A stretch of DNA of 64,000 nt. Source: Octopus sinensis. Its lineage: Eukaryota. Positions 37,131-50,572 of the stretch are shown piece after piece. The position numbers and the translations under genes are program-made. Below the pieces are notes generated by a model. It searched no databases, was not told the DNA's origin, and was given only the letters and a program-made list of their open reading frames with translations. The stretch is from the NCBI RefSeq assembly GCF_006345805.1, contig NC_043010.1, forward strand, positions 46,996,001 through 47,060,000, written 5' to 3'. Every line of letters begins with the position of its first letter. Position 1 is the stretch's first letter.

Positions 37131-38039
37131 AAAGTGCATAGTATGTATGTGTGTGTATTTTTGCCTGTGTTTGTTCCCCATCACTGCTTGACAACCAGTG
37201 TTTGTTTACATCCTAGTAACTTAGCAGTTCTTCAAAAAGGGCTGACAGAATAAATACTTTGGTTAATTTGTTTGACTAAAACCCCGTCATGGGAATGCCC
37301 CCCCCCCCACTTCCCCAGCAAGGTTGCAATCTAAAGACTGAAACAAGTAAAAGATAAAAGATAACCTGCAAATCGCAAAAGAATTGCTTTTCAAGTAAAT
37401 CTTTTAAAATTCTTGTTATTTTCAAAATGAAGCTGAAGCCTGCACCAGAAGTGTCGTTAATGAGTGAACTAAGTGCTGCAAATGATGTGATAACAATGGT
37501 TTCTTTGAAATCAAAGAACAAAGGTGAATTTTAGAGATGACGAAGAAGAGGAAATTGGTGATTGATACAATTTCAGGATTGTATTGATTTTATTGACCTT
37601 TCTGAATGATGCAAGTGAAGTTTACTTTGAACTTTTGTGACAATCATGTGTTTCTCAGAGGTGTCTGTGGCGTAAGTGAACTGGGGAATCAACAGTTTGG
37701 TTATTGTTGTGGTTTTGGTTTGTTACTTCATTCAGGAAGCTTGTTGTTGTTGTGGTGGTGATGGCAGCAATTCGGCGGTGACAATGGTGGCAGCAGTGGT
37801 GGTAGTTGGAAGGAGCCAAACAAGTAATGGTGAGATTCTGGTAAGCTGAGACCACAACAAGAATGACAAGATGGCAAAAAAATAGTAGAACGTTAAGCTA
37901 AATGTTTTGAAGGTCTTGGTTTCTTTTGCAATCTGAGTTCAAATTTTGTCCTTTGCTTTTTCATCTTTTCAGAATTGATAAAATATTAGGGATGCCAAAA
38001 AATAACGATGCATTTCGTTGGAATGAGCTCAAATCAACA

Positions 38040-38265
38040 TGAGGGAGGAGAGGCTGAAAAGTTCCTGGCTTTGGGTAAAAGAAAATGAAGCAAGATTAGC
38101 AGAGTTAATTATGATTTTATTCAACATATTCCCCTCTCAGATTCACACATTTATTGCAGCAGTCCTTCAGTTTTTCTAAGCCTTGTAAAAGAACTCAGAA
38201 GGTTGGGCCTCCAACCAGGCCTTTTGCAATACCCTTAAAGCCAGGACCTTTTCAGCATCCACTCA
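38040..38265. mobile_element. mariner-like MITE
   Basis: Degenerate TIRs gaggg...gctgaaaagttcctggc / gccaggaccttttcagcatccactca, followed by TA. Confidence 0.6.
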
Positions 38266-38825
38266 TAAAACATTTTGTAAATGTATTTATTTATTCAAAA
38301 TATGAACACCATCATTAACATTTTCCTGTCTCAAAACAAGTTTCCTGATTGCTTGTGGAAAAAAAAAAAATTCTGGTTCTTTACAAGAAAGAAATGTTTG
38401 GAGTGCTGTTTCAACATCATTCCTGTTTTTGAATGTTTTCTACCAATAAAGTGTTTGAGTGACCTGAATCTGATAGTGCTAAGCTGGTAAGTAGTAAGGA
38501 AGAGGTAGAGCTTCCTAGTCTAATAAGTTTATCTTTTCTTGTATTGCCTTCACTGAATATGGCCTTTATTCACAGGAGACAGCTCATGAGGTAACCACCT
38601 CCCTTTTTTATATACTTTCCCAATCTGTTTCAGATGATCTCGCACAGTGGACAAAGTTTTATCATGTCACTGGGATACGTCTCTCATACTTTGATGTGGA
38701 CCTTCTTGTGGCATGACATCAGACTATTTTACTTGGAAATATGGCATAACTTTTCAGAACCCCTAATACATATCATTCAAGTACTTGGGTTCAATAAATT
38801 AGAAATAGAATTTTAATATACTTCA

Positions 38826-39203
38826 TCTCTATATCTATAAACGGCAAAATGTCTGTGTGTCCTTTATACAAATCCACGTAAAAGGCTCGCATTTTCTATG
38901 GGCTTTCAAAACTGTCTGAGAGTGGTCGTGAAGATCTTTTCATTTCCCCAGTCACCCCAGAAAGCCATTAAAAAAATCGATAAACCAACCCCTTATGCAC
39001 ATAAGATATGGGCATTGCCAAAGTCCAATGAATATTAATTACTCTCATAAAAAGCTCCAACTAGTTCATAAACAACAAAACTATCCCAAGCTGAAATGTG
39101 ATAAGAAACTTAGCTTTTGATTTAGTGAGAAATTTTTACTGCGACCCGGCAATGAACAACAAGCACTAGCACTAGACCTGGCAACGCTGGGTCATAGTGC
39201 TAG
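38826..39203 (+). mobile_element. Non-autonomous Helitron-like element
   Basis: 5' A|TCTCTATATCTATAAA; 3' cctggcaacgctggg hairpin-like motif followed by CTAG|T. Confidence 0.65.
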
Positions 39204-39708
39204 TGTGATATAATTTTTTTTAAATTATGAAATAATTGTGGGAAATACAATCAATAGCAAAACCTAAATGCCTTTGTTGATCCCAAGTCCCCAGAAGGAT
39301 CCAAAGTAAAACTGACCTCAGGTTAATTTTACTTTGTGTTCCTCAAGGAGTCAATAAAAGTAGTACTAGTCAATATAACTGAATGTGCCCCTCTTACTAA
39401 ATTTTTTGCTTACTGTCAATGTTTGAAATAGTAATCATCATCATCATCACCATCATCATTCTTTTGAAGTCTGCATTTCCTTGTATGTATGGTGCCAGAG
39501 AGAATTTGTCGAAGATTTTCAGTGACCAGATACCACCCGCTTTTCACTTGTTTGCAAGCAAGGTAATATTTCCCCATGACCAGGCATACCTTCATGGAAG
39601 TTTGGAGAAAGACACTGCTTGTAAGATGGTCACATTTGTTTTACAGCTATCATGTGGAGACACAAACATATTTACATACCTATACATGCACAGATATGTG
39701 TGTATATA

Positions 39709-39753
<45 letters not shown>

Positions 39754-40339
39754 CACAGGCTTCTTTCATTTGCCATTTACCAAACCCTTTCACAAGGCTT
39801 TGGTTGTCTAGGGGTTTATAGTAGAAGCTACTTGCCCAAGGTGCCATGCAGTGGGACTGAACCTGAAACCATGTAATGCAAAGTGAACTTAACCACATAG
39901 CCATATCAATGCACCTAAAATTTAACTGTACATCTGAGGGTTTGAATATGTGGCTGTGTAGTTAAGGATCCAATCGTGATCTCAGGTTCAGTCCCACTGC
40001 ATGGCATGTTGGGCAAGTGCCTTCTACTATATATAGCTCTGGGTTGATCAAAATGGATATAGTAAACAGAAACTGAAAGGATCCCATCATATGTGTGTGT
40101 ATATGTATGTGTACATGTGAAAGTGAGTGGAGTAGTGGTTAGGGTATTCAGCTCAGTTGTAAGGTTGTGAGTTCAATACCTGACAACACATTGTGTCCTT
40201 GAGCAAGACTTATTTCTCATTGCCCCAGTCCACTCAGCTGGTAAAAATGAGTAGTACCTGTATTTCAAAGACCAGCCTTGTCACATTCTGTGTCACACTG
40301 GATCTCCATGAGAAATATGTTAAGGGTATGTGTGTCAAA

Positions 40340-40560
40340 GGCAGCGAGCTGGCAGATACGTTAGCACACCGGGTGAAATGCTTAGCGGTATTTCCTCTGC
40401 CGCTATGTTCTGAGTTCAAATTCCGCCGAGGTCGACTTTGGCTTTCATCCTTTCGAGGTCGATTAAATAAGTACCAGTTACGCACTGGGGTCGATATAAT
40501 TGACTTAATCCGTTTGTTTGTCCTCTCTGTGTTCAGCCCCTTGTGGGTAGCAAAGAAATA
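40340..40560 (+). repeat. Nin-like SINE, well-preserved copy
   Basis: gcgagctggcagatacgttagcacaccggg...ttctgagttcaaattccgccgaggtcgactttggctttcatcctttcgaggtcg. Confidence 0.75.
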
Positions 40561-40931
40561 GGTATGTGTGTCTGTGGAGTACTCAGTTACATGCACATTA
40601 ATTTCTCAAGCAGGCTGTTCTGTTGATCAGATCAATCGGAACCCTCATCATCATAACCGATGGACTGCCAGTTAAATGAGTTTATGTATATGTGTGTTTG
40701 TGTGAACTCTTTGTGTTGACATCAATGACGATTATAAATAATTATGCATCATCATCATACAAATGATGTTGTCTGTTTCCAGTCTTCTATGAAAAATATG
40801 ACCAGCTATAGGCAAATAATACCCTGCTTGAAAACAAGTGAGGGCTGGTGACAAGAAAGGCATGTGATCATAGAAAACCTGTTTCAACAAATTCTGTCCG
40901 ACCTATTCAGGCATGGAAAAGCAGACATTAA

Positions 40932-41152
40932 TCCTTTAGCATTCAGATTACTCTAATCAGTTGCAATGCTTATTTCTTCACATTGTTTTGAATTAATCAT
41001 ACATCATTTCATAGCTTCAAGATTTCTATGATGTGATTGTTTACTTTTAGAATGACATTGTAGGCTAAGTGTGAAAGGCTGGATCTGACTGGTTTGAACA
41101 GAAAACAGGTAGAACATTTTGGTCAAGTATGGCTGGTTTAAATGTTAAAGGG
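40932..41152. mobile_element. piggyBac-type MITE, family 2
   Basis: TTAA at 40928-40931 and 41153-41156; inserted in the tail of a SINE-like repeat. Confidence 0.8.
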
Positions 41153-41450
41153 TTAAGTGATGAGGACATATATACAATCAACTACTCTCCCACCACTAAA
41201 GTATGCCTTATGCCTATGTTAGGAATCGTCATTATTATTAAACAGTGAGCTCGCAAAATCTCTAGTAAGCCAGGCAAAATGCTTTGAGGCATTCCGTCCA
41301 TCTCTGTTTTGAGTTCATAATTCCACTGAGGTTGATATTACCTTTCATCCTTTCAGGATGGGTAAAATATGTTCCAGCTGAGGACTGAGACTAATGTAAT
41401 TTGACTCATCCTCTTCCCTGAACTTCCTGGCCTTGTGCCAAAATTTGAAG

Positions 41451-41911
41451 CTATATATATAAGTGAGGTTGTGTGTGTGTGTGTGTGTATAAACCCACAT
41501 AACTTCTGAAGTTCACAACTGATTTTCTCCAAAATGGGAACATAGATTACTTATGTTCCAGAGATGGTTTTAGACTCTTAAAACTTTTCATCTAATGAGT
41601 AACGGGTCCTCTGGGAGCAGAAAATTCCCGTTCCTGGGTCACATGGAGAAGGGCAGTAACTCTTTGCAAAATAAATTTCAGAAATTGATTGTCTTCCTTA
41701 CATCCATAGATCAAAAAATTATCACAATCTCCATTGGCTGTGTGAAAGAGCAATACTGGCTCCAAAAAACAGCACTGTTAGTAAAATTAATGTGCAGTTG
41801 CTGCAGTACCTTCCTGGAAGTCCTCACCTCTGTAAGTCAGTCGATAGAATCCCAGATTCAGAAGAGGTAAAATATCCAACAGAATTTCTCACTTCATTGG
41901 AGCCTCCCTAA
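41451..41911 (+). mobile_element. Helitron remnant carrying a PIF1-like RepHel helicase fragment
   Basis: Helitron-like 5' end ctatatatataag. 41717-41908 reads NYHNLHWLCERAILAPKNSTVSKINVQLLQYLPG...KSVDRIPDSEEVKYPTEFLTSLEPP, matching the Helitron helicase motifs WL.ERAILA.KN and YPTEFLNSL.P. Confidence 0.8.
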
Positions 41912-42466
41912 ATTTCAGGCTTTGTGCCTATAGTTGTTTGTTCCTTCTTGAGTCATGCCTGGCTCATAAGGGCTGGTTTCCTGGTTTCATTAGTGTATAG
42001 GTTCCCTGGATGGGACACTGGTCCATTGCAGGTGAGCTGCTAGGTGCAGGAAGAAAGGGGGAAAGTTGTGGCAAGAGAGTCAGCAGAGGTTTGCCATTAC
42101 CTTCTGTCAGAGCCACATGCAGCTTAGGTGTTTCGCTCATAAACACACACATTGCCCAGTCTGAAATTCAAACCCACAATCCCTCGACTGCGAGTCCACT
42201 GCTCTAACCACTTGGCCATGTGCCTCCACTTTGTGCCAGTAGCAGAAAGAAGAATTATTAGGTGGTGAGCTAGTAAAATTGTTAGTGTGCCAGGCATGTA
42301 GTGGAATTTTGTCTGTCTTTACATTCTGAGTTCAAAGAAGACTTTACTGGGTCAATAAAGTAAGTACCAGTTGATCCTTGGGGTTGATGTAATCAACTTG
42401 TTTCTCTCCACAAAAATTTCAGGCCTTGTACCTAGAATAGAAAGAACTATTTAGCAACAATTTATT

Positions 42467-42840
42467 GCAGGTGTGGCTGTGTGGTAAGAAGCTTGCTTCC
42501 GAACCTCATGATCCTGGGTTCAGTCCCATTGTATGGCACCTTAGGCAAGTGTTTTATACTACTATAGCTTCGGGCCTTATGAGTGGATTTGGTTGACGGA
42601 AACAAAAAAAAGCCTGTCATATATATATATAATATATGGGTGTGTGGGTCTGTGTTTGACAATTGGTGTTGGTGTATTCACATCCCTGTAACTTAACGGT
42701 TTGGCAAAAGAGACTGATAGAATAAGTACCAGGCTTAAAAATAAGTCGGCGGACCAGGGTCAATCCATTTGACTAAAAACTTCTTCAAGGCAGTGCCCCA
42801 GCATGGCCATAGTCTAATGACTGAAACAAACAAAAGCCAA
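42467..42840 (+). repeat. tRNA-derived SINE, full-length
   Basis: Same family as 13087-13448. Confidence 0.75.
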
Positions 42841-43487
42841 AAGATATCCATGCTTAAATATAATCGAAATATCAGATAAAAACTACTGCCTTAAATGCTT
42901 TATATACTTTTGATAAATCTACTATGAATGTCAATCTTCTTAAGTTATATTATAGCAATAACAAATATCTGTAAAGGATTTGTTGGGGAGAGCTTTGTAA
43001 AAGTTTTATTTAGTTATTATATCTTTTGCGGTTTATTAGTTTCTAATATTATTTTGTCGATTTATTTCTTTATTTCCATGTTTTTGCTGCTGATTACTAC
43101 AGCTGCAGCAATAAGATTGTTTGAATCTGAATTATTCTTCTTTGCTACATTGTTACTAAACATATCTTGTTCTGATGATATTAGGTGTGTATGTATGTGT
43201 GTGTGTAGGAGTATGTTGCACTCAGCACTGTCTGCATATTTTATTTTAGATATTTTATACATAGAGTTGCAGAACATTCAATATACAAAAAAAAATGTTT
43301 GCTAGTTTTTATATTAATCAGCAAATGGTTTTATAGTGTAGGTAATAATATTTATGCAATATACGCACACACACATACACACACACACACACATATATAC
43401 ATACATACATATATATATACACACTCATATAAATATATATATAAACATCTATAACACACACACACATACAAGCATATATATTTATGC

Positions 43488-43526
<39 letters not shown>

Positions 43527-44103
43527 TACATACATGCATTTGTATGTTAGCATGGTAGCGATGTGGAAAGAAGTTTGCTTCCCAATCATATGCTTTTAGG
43601 TTCAGTGGTTCAATCTCACTGTGTGGTACCTTGGGCCCCAGGATGACCAAAGCCTTGTGCATGAATTTCACACATGAAAACTGAAAGAAATTTATTGCAT
43701 ATATATATCTGTGCTTGTGTATGTGTGTGTGTTTGTGTCTCTTTGTTTTGATTGTGTGATAGTTGTAAATGATTGTCACTGTCATACAAGCAGTGTCATT
43801 CATTTCCAATGTTCTGGGAGAACATGTCTGGCTATGAGGAAATATTATCTTGCTTGGAAACAGGTGAGGGTTGGCAAACAGGGAGGTCATTCAGCCATAG
43901 AAAATCTGCCTCAATAAACTTTGTCCGACCCATACAAGCATAGAAAAGTGGACATTAAAAGTTATGGTAATGATGATGATGATGATTTGAGTACTGGATA
44001 GCAGGACAGGAGGTCTTGCAGGTATTTGTTTAGGTTCTCTACATTTGAAATTTAGGTCCCATCATAGTCAACTTTGTCTTTCATCCTTTTGAGAGTTAAA
44101 TAA

Positions 44104-44494
44104 TCTCTATATATATAAAGCTGAAGTTGTCTGTGTATGGCAGGTTTGGTAGCCTTCAACTAACACTATCTCCTCCGAGATCCTGCAGCGCAAGTTGACC
44201 AATATTGAGAGTATGATAGAAGGCTTGCTCTTCATTCCCTAGAAGATAAAATTCAAATTGGACCATGTTAAGATCAAAAATTATTTACATCAAAAAGGTG
44301 CTTTTTTTCTATGAAAATCCCTATTTTTTTAACGATTTTTTGACTGCTGTGTTGCCATTTTTTGGTGTATTTCAACCAGAAAAATGTTCACTTAAAGAGA
44401 ATAACAAGCTACATAATGCAAAATTTTTACTTTTCAAAAATTCCAATTCTAAAGTGTCAAAACAAACCCGAGCAACACTGGGCGATACTGCTAG
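44104..44494 (+). mobile_element. Non-autonomous Helitron-like element
   Basis: 5' A|TCTCTATATATATAAAG; 3' cccgagcaacactggg then CTAG|T. Confidence 0.7.
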
Positions 44495-44989
44495 TTAAGT
44501 ATGAATACAAAACAATGAATTAGCAGAATGTTAGAACATTAAAACAGTTGTTTGCAGTATTTTTTCCAACAGTGTGTGTCCTGAGTCAAATCCTGCCTCC
44601 TGTCACTGACAAAAATGATGACTGGCTTGGAAAATCCATAAGAAAAATGCAGGTGATTACTGTCAATGCTGCTACGACGACTGTTAAGAAAGAATGCAGA
44701 GGTGATGCTCAAGTCCTGAGCACCCAGCAAACAAATGATATATGTATATGTACATAATATATCTTCTCTCTTTTATCTTCTACTTGTTTCAGTCATTTGA
44801 CTGTGGCCATGCTGGGGCACTGCTTTGAAGATTTTTTTTTTAGTTGGATGAATCGATCCTAGTACTTTTTTTTTTCTTCTCTTAAGCCTGGTGCTTATTC
44901 TATCAGTTTCTTTTGACGAATTGCTAAGTTATGGGAATGTAAACACTTCAACACCAGTTGTCAAACTGTGGGGGACAAACACACACACA

Positions 44990-45020
<31 letters not shown>

Positions 45021-45023
<3 letters not shown>

Positions 45024-45397
45024 TTGCGTCAGAAATTAATTAGCACTTCTCAAATTTCTACATTAAATAGGTTAAATCAATTAACCTATGAGCTGTTCAA
45101 AACGTCTTACGCGATGAGAAAACTTAGTATGGTGTGATTTCGGTCCTTGCGAGGCGCTACCTATATCTATTAAACAAAGGAAGATTTGTCTGCATCCGCA
45201 CTCCAAGTTGTTGCACTGCTATGTCAACATCATAAGGCTGTAGACTCTCAAACTGCTCTGCAAACAAAGTTACGTCATCGTTCTGCGCAACAGTGAACTC
45301 GCAACAAAGCAATAGTTCGAGATATGGCCACTAGGTGACAGCACATACCTTGAGTGAAGAGCAAATCAAGGGTGCTAATTAATTTCTGACGGTAGTG
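45021..45397. mobile_element. Tc1/mariner MITE, 377 bp
   Basis: 26-bp TIRs cacttgcgtcagaaattaattagcac / gtgctaattaatttctgacggtagtg (2 mismatches) with TA at both ends; inserted in the TA tract of a minus-strand SINE (44775-45600). Confidence 0.85.
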
Positions 45398-47438
45398 TAT
45401 ATACATACACACACACACACACAAATATATACAACAGGCTTCTTTCAGTTTCCTTCTCCCAAATCCGCTCATAAGGCTTTGGTTGGCCTGAGGCTATAGT
45501 AGAAGACGATTGCCCAAGGTACCATGCAGTGGGACTGAACCCAGAACCACGTAGTTAGGAAGCAAGTTTCTTACCACACAACCATGCCTGTGCCTATGTA
45601 TATTCCTTGTTATTGTTGTCATTTTTGCATGTGTTTCTTTGCTTGAAGGGTCCTCTCTAGCACAGTATTTTGCCTGTTGTTGCAGGTTAGACCAATAATC
45701 AACTGTGCCTGAGTCAGTCAACCAGCCTCTTCTAACAAGCACATACATGCACACATGCATACACACATGTGCGCGCTCACACACACACACTTTCCTACAT
45801 CATCATCATCATCATCATCATTTAGCGTCCGCTTTCCATGCTAGCATGGGTTGGACGGGTCAACTGGGGTCTGTGAAGCTGGAAGGCTTCGTCAGGCCCA
45901 GTCAGATCTGGCAGTGTTTCTACAGTTGGATGCCCTTCCTAACGCCAACCACGCCGCGAGTGTAGTGGGTGTTTTTTACGTGCCACCTGCACAGGTGCCA
46001 GACAGAGCTGGCAAACGGCTACAACGGATGGTGCTTTTACGTGTCACAACTTAGAGTATTTTTTTTTTTGCTTTTGATGTCAAGAATTTAAATTTTGTTG
46101 AAGTTCTGAACAAGGGGATTAATAACAACATCAAGATATAATTCAATTAAAAGAAGTAATAAGATGAATTAATTTTTCTTTTTGTGTATTAATTCTTTAT
46201 AGAGTAATTATCATTTTTTTTTGTTTTTTCTTTGCGGAATTATTTGTCTTTTGAATTATCAGTTTCAAATTTTGGCACAAGGCCAGCAATTTCAGGAATG
46301 GGGTAAGTCGATTACATTGACCACACCCCTAGTGCTGAACAGTTACTTATTTTATTAATCCTGGAAGGATGAAAGGGAAAGTCGACCCCGGTGGCATTTG
46401 AACTCAGAATGTAGTAGATACAGACACACTGCCATTAAGCATTTTGCCCTGCATGTTAACAGTTCTGGCAGCTTGCCACCTTACAAGGGTTTAATGATAT
46501 TACCAAGATATTTAGTTAAAAGAAATAATAATAAGGTAGATTCTTCTTCTTGCGTTTTAATGCATTGTAGGCTGATTATTGCTTTTTAATGTGTGTGGAA
46601 AATTTGTTATCTTATTTGTCTTTTGAAATATCATTGATTCCTACTTTATTATTGATTTTAAGAGGCAAGTATCAATTTCAGTGGTTACAGGCTGGTATGT
46701 AGACAATATTATACATGGTGAGAGCTCCGTTGCTATTATTGTTATGTGTATCAATAATGGGCTATCAGGAAGGGTCATGTAGAATAAGGGTATTTGGATT
46801 ATTATAAATATATATTGTTCTTATATTAATAGGCGGAGGAGTAGCCGTGTGGTAAGTAGCTTGCTTACCAACTACATGGTTCCAGGCTCAGTCCCACTCT
46901 GTGGCACCTTGGGTAAGTGTCTTCTATAATAGCCTTGAGCCAACCATAGCCTTGTGAGTGAATTTGGTTGACAGAAACTTTAAAAAGCCTGTTGTGTGTG
47001 TGTGTGTGTGTCTGTGTTGTTTTGTTTGTGTCAGTGTTGTTTTGTTTGCGTCCCTTCCCCCCCCCCCAAGTGTTGAAAGGTGAAAGACCAAACTGACACC
47101 AACAAGATTTGAATTCATAACAATAGGCATGGCTGTGTGTTAAGAAGCTTGCTTCCCAACCACATGGTTTCAGGTTCAGTCCCACTGTGTGGCAACTTTG
47201 GTAGGTGTCTTCTACTATATCCCCAGGCTGACCAAAACCCTTGTCAGTAGATTTGTAGACAGAAACTGAAAGATACCTGTCATATATGTATATTTGTGTG
47301 TGTGTGAGAGAGAGAAAGAGAGCATACATGTTTGACAACCAGTGTTAGTTTGTTTACATCTCTGTAACTTCGCCTGATAGAATAAGTACCAAGCTTAGAA
47401 AAAAAGATTAGTACTGTGGTCAATTTGTTCAACGAAAC

Positions 47439-47692
47439 CAGAGGTTCTCAACAGGGGTCCATATGACCTTTCAGAGTCTGTATAAGATTTTTTTATTAAA
47501 ATTTATATGAAATAAATTGTTTATGCTTCTACAGTACACAAAATATTTTAACAATATTTTAATGCAATTCCTAATAATATTTAATTATAAAAATATAATA
47601 TGATTTTTTAAACATTGAAGGGTTATGAGGGTCCACCTGAGTAATATAGAAATCAAAAAGGTCCATTGGCAAAAAATGGTTGAGAAACACTG
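47439..47692. mobile_element. hAT MITE, 254 bp
   Basis: TIRs cagaggttctcaac / gttgagaaacactg; 8-bp TSD aacgaaac / aactaaac (1 mismatch); splits a SINE. Confidence 0.78.
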
Positions 47693-48804
47693 AACTAAAC
47701 CCTTCAAAGCAGTGCCCCAGCATGGCCACAGTCCAATGACTAAAAGAAATAAAAAATAAAAGATTAAAAAAAATAGAATTTGATACTATTAAGTCCTGCA
47801 CACTACTGTCTTGGCCAATCTCCACCAACCTTGTTTGTAATGCATTGTATACCAAACAAAGACTTGTTTGGTGTACTCAAATAATCTTTTTCTGTGTACA
47901 CCTTTAATCCCTTAGAAATCCATGGCTGTTGGCAGCAGTTGTCATTAATAACTATCACTATCACATAATAAATAACTGGAAATTATCGTGTGCAGAGACA
48001 CGATTTATTTAAAAGATAACAACAATGAAAATGGAATATATTTGTGTCATGTTATTTTGCAAAAGGCAAAATAGCAAAGTGGTTAAGATGTTGGGGTTTT
48101 TTGGGTCATGCGTTCATGTCCTGTTACAAGCATTTTTACAAGTATTTGTGGTTTATTGACTCCTTGAGAGACACAAAGTAAAATTGACCCAAGGTCAGTT
48201 TTACTTTGTATCTTTCTGAGGATGTGGGGTGGATCAACAAAGGCATTTAGATTTTACTGCCAGTTGTTTCCCACTGTCTGTGTAGTCATAGTTTCATAAT
48301 TTCTGAAAAAAATGTGTCAATATGATGTGCTTCTCTTTTTTGCAGCAAAAAAAAAAAAAAGATAAATAGGTAACCAGGCTAGCTAGGGAAATTATTTTTC
48401 ATTGATTTTTTTTCTTCTCCATGGGAAGAATCATCTTTATTTCTCATCCTTTTATGATGCAGGAAATAGAACTAACATCAGCTATGTGAAATTCAATGTT
48501 TTGGGAATGGTTTGTTTTTTAACTTTGTAATTTTTAAACATTATTATTAGTAGTAGTAGTTTTTGTAGTATTATAAGGAAAATTGTTAGCACAGTATACA
48601 AAATACTTAGTGGCACTTCTTTAACTTTACATTCTGAGTTAAGCTCTTGCCAAGGTTGACTTTGCCTTTCATCCTTTCAGGGTTAATAAAATAATGACTG
48701 GCTGAGTATTGGGATGGATGTAATCAACTAGCCCCTGCCCCCAAATTTCAGGCCTTGTACTTTATAATACAAAGGATTATTATTATTATTATTATTATTG
48801 AGTG

Positions 48805-49128
48805 AAAGAGCAGTGCATGCCATCAAAGTGACACTGGGTAAAATATACAAAACCCAGTATATCCATCATGACTACCAGTCTAATAAGGGTACACTAGGCA
48901 CATGCATCACAACCATATGTGTGCGGCATGGTTATCTCATATCAAGCTCAACAGTACATGACCTTGCAGGTGGAGCCCAGTTAGAATTTTCTTCTGGTTG
49001 AGTAACCCATCCCGCTCAAAAGGTCCCTGAATAAGGGTTGTTTAAGGATGTTGAACGAAACACACATGTTTCCAGAGGTGAATTATTCAAACTCCAAAGA
49101 ATCCTTTTCAACACATGGCTATGGTGCT
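48805..49128 (+). repeat. Interspersed repeat of about 530 bp, unclassified family (partial copy)
   Basis: Matches a longer minus-strand copy at about 54800-55330 and a fragment at 6563-6690. Confidence 0.7.
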
Positions 49129-49130
49129 CC

Positions 49131-49167
<37 letters not shown>

Positions 49168-49904
49168 CTTTTTGTGGAGAGGACATGCAGATGGTCCAGT
49201 TGCTGTCAGTATCTGCTGTGTGGAGGACTAGGCATCCCATAGCTAATGATGCATAGATATATGCTGAAGCTATGCCATCTGCAGCATTTCCTTAACAGAG
49301 AGCAGGTATGGTCATGTTAGACGTTTTTTCACAGCTTGTCTTTTTGATAGAGCTGCTGTCCTGTATCAAGCATAGATGAAAGCAGTGTGCCTTGCACCTT
49401 GAGTGACATCAAGCTGGTGCAATTACTATACTACTAACTGACTGTAATTTTAATACCCATTTTTTTACCCTAGAGGAAGCAACTTGATTCTATATCAACA
49501 TTTATTTTGATTCTTTGAAGATCCAGAAATATTTTAATTCTACTAGGATTTCCCACATTGTTTCTCACTGAGACCCCCTTTGATCATGACACAGACCATG
49601 GGATTGCACCTAGAAAATTACCCTCCTAGGCACAAGTCCGAGCAAGGTTGTTTATGGAAGACCAACAGTCGCCCATGCATACAAGCCTCCCCTCTCCATG
49701 CCACCAGTGTTATCCAAGGGAAAGGCAATGGCCAATACAGCTTGGTACCTGTGATGTTGCAACTCATTTCTACAGCTGAGTGAACTGGAGCAACGTGAAA
49801 TAAAGTGTCTTGCTCAAGAACACAACATGCAGCCCAGTCCAGGATTCAAGCTCACAACCTCACGATCGTAAGCTCAACTCTCTAACCATTGAGCCATGCG
49901 CCTT

Positions 49905-50021
49905 CACTACTCATTAAAAAAAGAAATATTTGGAAGTCTTGGAATAATTTATGCAATATTGTCTATTGGACTTCTTGGTTTTAGTGTAAGAGCTCACTAC
50001 ATATTCACAGTTGGTATAGAC
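49905..50021 (+). pseudogene. cox1: NUMT: mitochondrial cox1 fragment, 39 codons
   Basis: In the invertebrate mitochondrial code it reads [39 protein letters not shown], matching the conserved COX1 segment KKE.FG.LGMIYAM.SIG.LGFIVWAHHMFTVGMD. Conserved Met positions are ATA codons; the IVW and HH positions are mutated. Confidence 0.92.
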
Positions 50022-50334
50022 ATCAGGCACTCACAATCCTCTGACAGTCAGACAATGTTGTTGGTGGATCTCCCATTATGGTATTCTATAGATGATTAGT
50101 AGTATGCAAGAACAACTCCAGTTATCAATAAAAATCAACTGGCTAGTCTTTTCTGGAGGACTTTTGAGCCAAAATTCCAAGGCATGGCAATGCCACAAGG
50201 GATCATTGCTGGTTTGAGATAAGCCCTACAGACATGGCAGTACTATCAACCACATTGACTTTAGTTGCATGCAAAGTGATGAAACTGTCCTGCACTCATA
50301 CAGTAATTGGGCAGACAACTGCTATCATGTGTAG

Positions 50335-50572
50335 CAGTGGTTCTCAACTATGTTTTGTCTATGAACTCCTTTCATTCTTATTTAACTCTACTTCCCCACC
50401 CCCCATAGACAGTCAATGTTTAAAAATTTCCCATTATATTTTACAATTAAATGTTATTAGGAATTCTATAAAATATTGTTGAAATATTTTGTGGATTGTA
50501 GAAGTATAACTGATTTATTGTACATAGATTTTAACAGCAAAATCTTATGTGGGTCCCTGTTGAGAATCATTA
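50335..50572. mobile_element. hAT MITE, degenerate
   Basis: cagtggttctcaac / gttgagaatcatta; TSD atgtgtag / atgtatag (1 mismatch). Confidence 0.65.
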
